The notes beneath the pieces are model-generated. The model saw nothing but the letters and a program-made list of their open reading frames with translations, was not told the DNA's origin and did not search any database. Made by a program: the position numbers and the translations under genes. DNA of 63,579 nt, the filler included, from Saprolegnia diclina VS20 (taxonomy: Eukaryota), in NCBI RefSeq assembly GCF_000281045.1. It is 5 parts of one record of this genome, joined end to end, with 100 filler letters (N's around TTAATTAATTAA, not from the genome) between each part and the next. Parts side by side here need not be neighbours in the genome. Positions count along the whole stretch, not along the records: positions 31,234 to 51,252 come from NW_008246137.1; 4 more parts are not named here. The stretch is one strand, 5' to 3'. Below are positions 34,262-44,800 of the stretch, in pieces (within the stretch, counting starts at the first letter, position 1; each line of letters begins with the position of its first letter).

Positions 34262-35971
34262 TCAAGGTGATGGCGTCGCGAGCCACGCTTCGACGACGTA
34301 GGCGACGAGGAGACGCGAGGTGACACTGACCGCGGTAGCAACGCGATCCAAGATCACATCCAATGCAATGATCCAGTGCATCGCAGCGGGTACGACGGTC
34401 GATGTTCCGTCAGGCAGGAGGCACTGCCACAAAAACAAAAGCACCAGCAGGCCGCTGTGTGGCACCGGCGTGCACAGCGAGCCGCCGAGGCCACCGAGGA
34501 GGACGACGAGAAGCGCGCTGTGGTCGACAGCACTCGACGCCGGCTCGTTCGTAAGCAGGAAGAAGAGACTCACGACCAAGTAAAGCACCGCGCCGTCGAG
34601 GTGGACGGCCGTGCCCGCGGGCAGCACGAGCCGCGCGACGGGGCGCGACACACGCAGAGTCTTGTCAACGTACTCGACGGCAAGCGGAAGGGCAGCGAGC
34701 GACGAGGCGGAGAAGAGACCAAAAGCAATGGGGACGCCAAGGCGCATGAGAAAATTTGGTATCGGGTTGGAGCGCGTCACGAGTGCCGTCACCGCGGTCA
34801 GCAGCGTCACGTGAAGGACGGAAGCGACGAGGAGGGCGCCGAAGAGCCTCGTCAGCGCGGCGCCTTCGTGCGCCAATGTCTCAAAAATGCTCGAGTGTTT
34901 AATGTGCCGAGGCAGGAGGAATGCCGGCGCGTGGTCAAAGGCAATAGCGTCGGTGGGATGCAATGCCTTCCACGGCGCTGGCGTCGGGTCGTCGGGCACG
35001 ATGAGCGCGGCGCCGACAAGAAACACAAGTGCAAGCGGCACGCAGCGGGTGACCCAGTGCACCATCGTGACGCTGGCGCTGTTGAGTTCGCGGACGAGGC
35101 CCCAGACCAGCTTGGATCTTGGCACATTGGCGAGCGCACCGCCGAGGAAGAGGGCGCAGATGATCAAGCTCACGTTGGCACCTTCGTCAAAGATGTCGAG
35201 GAGCTTCTTGGGCATGACGGCATCGAGCATGAGCGCGAGCATCGACGCGCCCGAGTCGTCCGTTGCCATCTTCATGCGCGACTGCAGTTTCTTGTCGCCG
35301 ACTGCAAAGTACGTTGTGCCATCCTCGATGCGGCTTCTCGTGTCGCAGCGGAGGACGCCGTCCACAAAGCGCAGCGTGGCTGCTGGCGTGGTCGGACACG
35401 CGAGCTCCACGACGCTCAACACGTCTGGGAGGGCCGTCGCATTGTGATGTAGCGTCCAAAAGCACGAAGGGAGAAGGTAGGTTGCGGTCACGTAGCCCGA
35501 GAGCGCAGCGAGGCATGTCGTTGCGAGAAAGCAAGTGATCGTGAGCAGCGTGAGCCGCGTGCCGACGCCGCCCGACACCACGTCGGCAAACCCGACGATG
35601 ACGTTGAGGAAGATGGTGGGGATGAGCAGACACGTGAGCGCGCGAAGGAAGAGCGCGCCGGGGAGGTGCAGCCACTGCACGATCGCGATCCGGGACGCAA
35701 TGGCGTCCGACTGGCGGCGGAACACCGCTTCGTACACGTCTCTGCTCGGTGCAAGATGTAAAACGTCGGCGTAGAGGTCGTCGATCGACGTCGCCACACT
35801 GCAGACGTACGCGATCCCGATACCGAGGCCGGTCGCGAGGAGAAGGCCCGAGAGGCCGAAGTAGACCCGCTTGTACCACGTGGTTTGCGTCGACGGCGCC
35901 CGCCAGATCGACGCGTAGTACGCGTCGTCCATCTCGTCGAGCAAGACGATGGACGCGGTGGGCGAGGCCAT
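34262..35971 (-). CDS. Second divergent DAACS/SLC1 family transporter
   Basis: LPGALFLRALTCLLIPTIF, HP1 FSASSLAALP, TM7 LPAGTAVHLDG, TM8 LDVILDRVATAV; intronless. Confidence 0.88.
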   Translation of the reverse strand: MASPTASIVLLDEMDDAYYASIWRAPSTQTTWYKRVYFGLSGLLLATGLGIGIAYVCSVATSIDDLYADVLHLAPSRDVYEAVFRRQSDAIASRIAIVQWLHLPGALFLRALTCLLIPTIFLNVIVGFADVVSGGVGTRLTLLTITCFLATTCLAALSGYVTATYLLPSCFWTLHHNATALPDVLSVVELACPTTPAATLRFVDGVLRCDTRSRIEDGTTYFAVGDKKLQSRMKMATDDSGASMLALMLDAVMPKKLLDIFDEGANVSLIICALFLGGALANVPRSKLVWGLVRELNSASVTMVHWVTRCVPLALVFLVGAALIVPDDPTPAPWKALHPTDAIAFDHAPAFLLPRHIKHSSIFETLAHEGAALTRLFGALLVASVLHVTLLTAVTALVTRSNPIPNFLMRLGVPIAFGLFSASSLAALPLAVEYVDKTLRVSRPVARLVLPAGTAVHLDGAVLYLVVSLFFLLTNEPASSAVDHSALLVVLLGGLGGSLCTPVPHSGLLVLLFLWQCLLPDGTSTVVPAAMHWIIALDVILDRVATAVSVTSRLLVAYVVEAWLATPSP

Positions 35972-36892
35972 GCTGATTCCCAAGTGATCGTTCGTTGCTC
36001 ACAGTAGGTCTTTCCCATGGGTCTTTCTCGAGCGGTTGCCGTTGGTGTCCTTGACGCAGCAACCGACGACGACCACATGGTCTGGACCATGACATGGTGG
36101 GAGCGGTCGTCGCGTGTCAAGTATTTTTATTGTTTCGGATCAATATTGCATACAAAATGCAAGAGAACATCGAGATATTTAAATACCAGAAAGGCCGTCT
36201 GAGTACACAATCCCTTGGCAGCGAGAGACACGAGAGATGCGACCAGCGCCATCGCGAGCGCCAGGAATCTGGAGACGACGAGCCTTTATGGCGAGCAGTC
36301 GCGACGTGCGATAGAGCGCACAGCGTCACGACATGGCTGAACGAGTACACTGTATAGTGAAGACGAGATGTTGACGCTGCCAGCCTCTTTGCAACACAGA
36401 GCTTGTCGGCAATCTCCGATCATGGAGTCAACACAGGAGTCGACGATGAGCGCAACTCGGGGGTCGACGATGATGACTCGAGGACAGGCCAGCGCTCTGA
36501 TATCGCAGATTCTGAAAGATCTCGCAGAATGTCGGATACTTTTGACGATTCGATACGCAAAATTTGACTATGGTTTCTCGAAAATAATGTGAAAGGAATA
36601 GAGACGTCATCTCGTATTGTCTTATTGCTGCGTGTGCTTTGCTCCATGGCGAAGACCAGCGAATGTTCATTGCCGATCGCTTGGCGTCGACAACGACGTT
36701 CCCAACCCCACGCGTGTCCAGGACATTCGGGTACTACTATAAAAATAGCAATATTTACCTCGGTGAGAGAGAATCTCCCGTATTAAACACACGTCCAAAG
36801 GAAAATTCCCTTTAAACGTCAAAAACAACCGTTTCAAGAGAGTTGAACGAATTCGGCAACCTGGGAACGGCCAGCGACAGATCTTGGGTCCC

Positions 36893-38758
36893 ATGAAGCT
36901 GCTCAAGGCGCTGCACGCGAACCGCGGGGTCCTCACCGCGCCGTCCCTTTCGGCGCCGCATCTGCAAGAGTCGCTGCCCGTGGCGACGCTCCTGCGCCAG
37001 GCCATGGCGCTCTCGCAGCGCCTGCCGCCGCCCACTTCGCCGCGCCCGATCGCGTTCGTCGCGCACCGCGTACGCCTCGTCCTCGCATGCGACGGCTCAT
37101 GGCGCCTAGGGCCTCGACTACGTCCGTGCGCAGTGGGCCATCTGGCTCGCCAACCACATTGCTGTTCCGCTCGCAACGCACAGCGCGCCGCCCGAGCTCC
37201 GCCACATCCTCCAGTACGTCGCTCGACCGCGTCCTCGCTCTCAGCATTTCTTAGGGATTCGGGTGCGTCGCATGTCATTGGCCACCCGCTCATGGACACG
37301 GCGTCATTGCCGGTACCAACGATCGCGTATGCGTCGGCGCACGAGGCCACCGAAGACGAGTTGCTCGAGCGGCTTCACGCGGCCGCCGCCGACGACGCCA
37401 TGCTGCTCTACACGAGCGGGACGACCGGCGCTCCCAAAGGCGTCTTGGCCACGCACGAGAGCCTCTTTGCGCAGGTCCACGACGTCATTAGCGCGTGGGA
37501 GATCACCGAACACGACCGGTTGCTGCATTTTTTGCCTCTGCACCATACGCACGGGATCGTCAACAACCTCCTCGCACCGCTCGCGGCCGGCGCCCACGTC
37601 GACGGCCTCGCCAAGGCGTCGCCCAACGACATTTGGCACCGGTACATTGTATTTCTTATTGTCCTATTGTGGGTATTCATGTGGACACTCAAGTCTCTCG
37701 GACCCCGCGACAGCGCCGAGCGTGCTCATGGCCGTGCCGAGCATTTACATGCTGCTCCTCGAGACATTCGACGCGATGGATGCGAGTGCCAAGGCCAAGG
37801 CCCTTGCCGGCGTGCGTGAGCTGCGTCTCGCGATTTCTGGTGCGCGTCCGAGAAAAGTATCAATATATCAAGCGGGACATTTGGTAGGAAGCATGGCCTG
37901 CCCGGTGTCGATCCTCGAGCGCTGGAAGACCCTCTCGGGTGGCCAGATGCTGCTGGAGCGCTACGGAATGACCGAGTGCGGCATGGCGCTCGGGAATCCG
38001 CTCCACGGCGACCGTCACATTGGCTACGTCGGGCAGCCGTTTCCGAGCATTCGCGCGCGCCTGGCGCCCGAGGTACTCGTCGACGCGTCCAGGGATGTAC
38101 CGACTGGACCAACGTAGACGAGCGAGCTTCAAGTGCAGGGCCCGACGCTCTTTAAGGTAGCCTCACGTAGGAAGACGAATCATCTGCATGACTGTACGTG
38201 CAGGAGTACTGGAGACGCCCGGTCGAGACGAAGAAGGAGTGGACGGACGACGGCTGGTTCAAAACCGGTGATATCGCCGAGTACAACGAGTCGATAGCGA
38301 GCTACCGCATCGTGGGCCGAGCGAGCGTCGACATCATCAAGGTACGAGCTTTGTACGGGTTGGAAGCGCCGACCAGCTGCATCTTGTTGGTGCGTAGAGT
38401 GCTGGGTACAAGATTTCGGCGCTCGATGTCGAGCAAGCGGTGATGGAGCACCCGCAGATCATGGAGTGTGCGGTCTACGGCGTCGCGGACGAGACGTGGG
38501 GCCAGATCGTGACGCTCCTGGCGCGCCCGTCCGACGCGATTGCAGGTAGCTTGGCGCGCGTTGCACATCGCGAGGGTCAACGATGACGTAGACGTGGCCC
38601 ATTTGGCCCCGCCCCTCGACGCGTTTCTGTCGGCGCGCCTCGCCAGCTACAAGCGCCCCCGCGTCGTGCATCTCGTGACGGAAATCCCAAAGAACGCCAT
38701 GGGCAAGATCAACAAGAAGCAGCTGCCCGCGCTCTTTGACCAGGCCCAAGGACAATAG
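36893..38758 (+). CDS. AMP-binding acyl-CoA synthetase, ACSF3/malonyl-CoA synthetase-like, multi-exon
   Basis: YTSGTTGAPKGV, LHFLPLHHTHGIVN, LERYGMTECG, DGWFKTGD, GRASVDIIK, IPKNAMGKINKK. Confidence 0.9.
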
Positions 38759-38840
38759 TGTACATATTACACGAGACCTAGGCGTCAAAGTCGTCTAAAC
38801 TATAACTCGACTCGGCATGCAACAGCGTCGGAGGCGCGTC

Positions 38841-41800
38841 CTACATGGTCGATGAGACATGTGGAAGAGACTGGGTGAAGACCGGTTGCTCGGGAGCGTC
38901 ATCAAAGTCGTTGTCATACGACCGGTTGGACGGCAGCGGCGACGCAGAAATGACAGATGAGACGCTTCCCCGCTTGGCCAGGGATGGTGGGCGGTGGTCG
39001 CTCGGCGGTGTGTACAAAGTGTCAAACGTGTCGTCGAGGACGGCGTTGGACGCCAGCGACAGACTCGGCATCGTCGCCACCGGTGCACTGTCGTCGCTGA
39101 ACCGGCTCGTGTCGGTGGCTTCAGATGGGTTGTCCTGCGTCGGTAGGGTGCCGCCGGAAGCGACCTGGTCGTCGGTGCGCGCGGTCGGCGATGAAACTGC
39201 GGTCGCCGGTGCGGCGTCGGTGCGAGCACTGCCGTCGTCACTGTACCGAGGCGTGGTGTCGTCGCCAGTAGCACGCTCCAGCAACAGTGGAGCGACTGCT
39301 GGCGCCGTTATTGACATTGTCGGCTCGATCGTGGTCATTACGATCGCATTTGTTGGCTCGGGAGCTGCGTCACTGCGGCGGCCCGTGTTGGTCTCGTTGA
39401 CGATCTCGTCCGCCACTGGGCTTGCTGTCATCGGTGGCGAGATGTCGGCGCCCATCAACGAAGTTGCTTGCTCGCTTATAGCCACCGGTGGCGATACTTC
39501 GGCGTCATTGTACAACTCGGTGTCGTCGTCGTACTCTGTTGCGTCTGCGTCGGTCGACGGCTCCTTTGATGACACCGACGGCGGTTCGTTGGTGCCTTCC
39601 GATGACTTGTCCTGTATGGCGACAGACGCTTCAGCGGGGACCATATCGACGCTGACGTTGCTGTATCGACCCGTGTCCGGATCGTTTTCATAAGCGTCGT
39701 CCTCGTACACTTGGTCGCTGTCGACGGCGGCGGCCTCCTCCCGCGCTGCTGACGGGGGCATGACGGCCTCCGAGCCTCCAGAGATCGCTGGCACCACGGG
39801 CCGCGGCGCTATGTCTGCTGGTGTCGCGTCCGGGCGGTGGTCGTCTAGCAAATGCACTTCGTCCCGGGCAAAGTCGACCGAGTACTCGTCTTCGTCGTAC
39901 GGGCTGTGCTCCACAGAAGTGGTCGCCGAAGGGATGGCAGCCGAGGTTTCCAGCGGTGCGTCGCTTGCATCGGCAACAACACCATCGCCCGCATCCTTGG
40001 TGTTACCAGTGTCGGTCAGCAAAGATGGGCGTGGGGGCGGCTCCGTCTTCGATGGCACCGCACTTTCTGCTACGAGAGCCGACTCGATGCGAGGACTCGC
40101 GCTGCTGTATCGTCCCGGGTCCTCGCCGCCGAGCTCGTTTGCCGTCTCTTCACGTCGCACGTCGTCTGGTCGTGCCATCGATTGTGCCAATGCGGTATCT
40201 TGGGCGGACGCGGTGTCGAGCGTCGCCGCTAGATCACCGCTTGCTGACGGCTCGTCGTCGTAGAACACGTCCAGCGCTGGCGGCTCGCTCATCGAAGCCG
40301 CCTCTTGGATCGGTGTCGAATCAATGTTGCTCTGCGGCGGTGCGTCCGACGACGTCGTGATATCAGCACGTTGGTATATGGGTTTATCTTCTCCCTCGAC
40401 GGTTGGGGCGGGTACTGTGGGTGCGTCGGGCACGCGGATCTCGACTATCTCGACGCTGCTGTCGTTTGACAAAGTGTCTTGGTTGAGCTCGCCGTCGTCA
40501 CTATACCTCGCCGAGTGTCCTGGACTCTCGCGAGCCGTCGGCGCCCTCTCAGAAGTGGCAAGCATCTCGGGTGACCCATTGTCGTTGCTGTAGCGAGCAG
40601 AGGTGGTGTCGGTGTCGTGGCCGAGCGTTGGCTCGTTGGTCAACGGAAGCGGTAGGTCGGCGTCCAAAGCAATGTCGTTGGCTCGTGGTGTCGATGCGTC
40701 GTCGCTGTACCGCGCTGTGCTACTGCGGGAGGCGACAAGAGCGGTCGCCAATGGAGCCTCGTCGTGACGGCCTTCGTCGTCGCTGTAGTCGGCTTCAGTC
40801 GCATCCGTGTCGGTGGTGCCCAAGCCGACGGCGTCGTGTGCCGCTACTGCCGACGTCAGTGCATTCGGCAGCGACACGTCGTCGTCTGCCACAGTTGGTG
40901 TCGCGACGTCCGACGTGAGGTCGATGCCGACACCGATCGATGCTTCGTTGTTGATCGAGCGAGCCGAGTCATCAAACGCTTCTTCGTACACGTCGTCCCC
41001 GTTGTCGCGGGCGCTGGCGACTGTCATGCGCTCGGTCGTGTTAGTCTCTTGACGGGAGGTTCGAGCACCGTCGTCGACTCCACGAGAGCTGTCGAGACGG
41101 TCATTGGACGCAGAGGGTGGGACAACGGGAGACGCGTCACTCTCATCGGGTCTTGCGTCGGCAACCAGCGTCAACTCTGTTGGATCAGTGTCACGCGTCA
41201 ACGACACACAGCCCGCAGCATTTGTCGATGGCGAGAGATCAGTCGTCGCAGCAGCATTGCCATCTTGCACCGCATCTTGGTCGACGGCATTCGGCTCTTG
41301 GGTCGCTTCAACGGTAGTGTCCGCATCAACAGCAGAGAACATCGATGGTGGAGTGCACTCCGATGCACCTTCTTGACCTTCACCAACGTCACTAGTCGGT
41401 GCAGCGTCGGCAGCCTCGGACGACGTTGGCAACGCGTCCGCCGAAGCGACTGCAGCATCCGTGCCATCCACCGTCGTCTCGTCGGTGCTGTTATCAATGG
41501 CACTTTGCACGGGTGGCAAGGACGCGTCGTCCATACGATCGACAACGTCGTCGACGTGCAGTGTCGCATCGTCGTCGTGTGAAAAGTCGGGAAGACGGGG
41601 CGTGAGCTCAAAGTCGGGGCGCTCAGGCGCGACTCCTGCCGGTTGCAGCCGCGCCGTCGTCGTCGCTTCCGTCGCCATTGGTGCGTCATCGCATTCGATC
41701 ACGAGCTCTTCGCCGCGGGCGCTGGCTTTCTTACACGGACTCGGCACGTGCAGCGGGAGTGCCACGTCATCGATGCCATCACCGATATCGACCGGCACAT

Positions 41801-44800
41801 CAAAGTTGAAGGCCAATGGCGGCACAACACTGGCAGCGTTGACAGCCTCGATCTCGCCAACAGTTGCCAGGAGCGTCGACTCGGACGACGGCGCGTCGAG
41901 GTCCATCCAATCAGATGGCGGCATCGGCGATTTGGACCCATCACCTGGGTACTCTGCCGGTGTCGGCACTCGGCAAGACACCGCAGCATCGCTGCTGTCG
42001 TCAAGGAGTATTTGGTCTGTTGCGCCGGCAGCCATTGAAGTACGCTCGTCGCCGGCGCGCGATGGTGGCAGCGAGCCAAAGTCGTCGGCAGCGTACTCGT
42101 CAACTGGTGCACTTTTATCGTCCGTGGTTGTGACCGATCGACGATCTTTGGGTTCAACGATGCCGTCGTTGGACGCTGACAGGGCTTCAAGCGCGTCCGC
42201 CTCCTCCATCGGCGCCATCTCCAGGTCGGTCGGAGCCATCGGCAGAGTATCCGGGTGTTCCCGCGACGGTGGTGGTGAGCCGAAATCGTCACCGGCGTAC
42301 TCGCCGTCGTCGTCTTCTTGAACGGCTTCCATCACTTGAGCGCGACGCTCAGCGACCCGCTACGAGCCGTGAGGACACGCCGATCGTCTCTGGCAACCGA
42401 CCTTTTTTGCGGCCCGTTGGCGAATGAGGCACTGAATGTGCAGCGCCGCGCTGTCCTTCTCCGAGACAAATAGATTGGTCGTCGTTGGTGGAGCTTGGCT
42501 CAGCGTCTCTTGTCGGCGCATGGCTACCGCCTACGCCCCGCCATGAGCCAAAGACAAGGGCCTTTCTAGCTCTACTTTCTTGGCGGCGCTCTGCCGAGCG
42601 ATCGACTGAATACGCACGGCAGCCCGGTCCTTGTCCGAGGCGCCAAACGAAAGCGACCGCGCGGGCAGCCGAGGGCGCATCGCCAGCCGCTTGGCGTCCG
42701 CTGCCTACACATGCAATTACATCTCCCAGAGACTATGTGGCGAGTCAGTCGTACTTTGATCGCCGCGCGCCGTCGGGCAAGGCACTGGATTCGAAGGGCC
42801 GCGGCGTCGAGGTCATCGATCGCTCCACGCGCGTCCTGGCGGCGCGTGGCGACCGTCTACCGACAAACCGTCAGCTCCACAGACGAGGATACGCACGCAC
42901 AATTCGGGCAGCGCGCTGTCGGGCAAGACACTGAATTCGCAGCGCGGCGTCGGCTTGGTCGAGCTGCATGACTGGCGATTGGCTCTCGCGTCGCCGCCGC
43001 GCCACCGTCTACGCAAGGTCGCTCGTGTCAGCAGCGTAGACTTGTGTGGGATGCCTGCCTTTTTTGCTGCACGCTGGCGAGCGAGGCACTGAATTCGGAG
43101 TGCAGCGACGTCCGTGTCGTGCTGGATCGAGAGCGACGCCTGCAGCACCCTCGACTGCCGCCGCCGGTCGGCCACCCGCTAGAAAGGCGCTGGAGAAATG
43201 TTGGAGATAGAAGAATACCATTTTGGCGGCTCGCTGCCGCGCCAGGCACTGAATGCGCAGCGCGGCAATGTCGGCGTCGTAGCGGCTCTCGCAACGCCGC
43301 GCCTGGTCTCGCCGCTCGGCCTCGACTCGCTAGGTATTTGTGCGTTGATTGACGATCATGCGACGATATCGCAAGTAAAAACGTACGCGTCGCGCGGCCC
43401 GCTGTCGCGCGATGCACTGAATGCGAACCGCTGCTGCGTCGCAGTCCAGCTCTAACTGCGGCGCCGTGCTTCGTCGAACCTCGTTGCGCTTGGCCGTGAC
43501 GCGCTACCGTCATCCCACGCTGAGCTCGGAGCGAGAACAAGGCAATAAACCTTTTTCGCAAAGCGCTGGCGGGCCAAGCACTGGATGCGAAGGGCAGCGG
43601 TCTCCTCGTCGACAAAGAGAATCGGTGATGATACGCTCGTGAGCAGCTCGTGACGCCTCGCCGTCACCCGCTACGCACCGCCGTCCATCCAACGCGATCA
43701 TTGAATCAGCGACCAAGTACCTTTCTCGCGAGGCGCTGGCGGGCCAAGCACTGGATACGCACCGCAGCGTCGTCGGCGCTGTACAAGTCGAGCGGATCTG
43801 GCGGCGCCGACAGGCGGTGCGGTCGCGCATCGTGGTCGACTGACGTGGCGTGCGCCAAGTGAGCCAGGTGTGGGTGGGCATGCAGGTACTCGATGCTCTT
43901 CTACAGCATCAAAGCATGGTCAGCTTGCACACTCTCAAAATTTCCGAAAACTCTCGAAATTTCCCGAAAATCTCAAAAATCTCGAAAATGCTCGCACCCG
44001 GGCTTTGCGCTGGATGGTTTCAAACGCCGGTGCAATGTCGACAACAAAGTCGGCTTGCTGGGCCACGAGCGATCGGCGCCGACGCACCTCGACGACCGGT
44101 GCGGCTGCTTTTTGTTCTTTTCGTTTTTTGGCCACTCGTTGACGCGAGAGCCGTTGCCGCGACGCGCATTGAATCCTACTTGGAGCATGTCGACCATGCT
44201 ACGCAGGTGTAGCGCACCGCAAGATGGCGGCGTCTTGAGCGTTCAGGAGCGCGTCGTTTCGGGCGGCACCGTCGGCAGTTTCAAGCTACGTAGGTCGCAT
44301 GTGCAATATGGGTCTGTCATCGTGACAGGCTACCTGCAACACATGGTCTTCGTAGTCTCGAAGCTGGTCCGCGCTCATAAAGAGTGTTGGATTCTTGCGT
44401 TTCTCGTGCTTGTGCCGGCGCAGGCGCTTGGCCTTTTCCCGCGACAGCTTTTGGCGCGTCGCACACTGGATCTTGAGAATGGCGTCCATGTCCACGGGCG
44501 GCGGCTACGCATGCCATGTTGGTTGACAGACAATATTGTGCACAAACGAATACCGCATTGGACTGTGCCACGCGTGGGACGAGGGACACAGGTGCCTAAT
44601 TCGATCGTGAGCCTTGGGTGAGATTGAGGGCGTGACCTTGGTGGTGCGGGGGGTGCTCGACAGTTGAGGCAGTGGTATCTACAGCATTTGCTCGCACAGG
44701 CGTCAAATTACACATCGTAAGGCTACCTCGATGGACCGGGACGTGTCAAGGGCGAGGAGCAAGTCTTCGTCGTCGTGCTGGTTGATGGCGCTGAGTCGCC

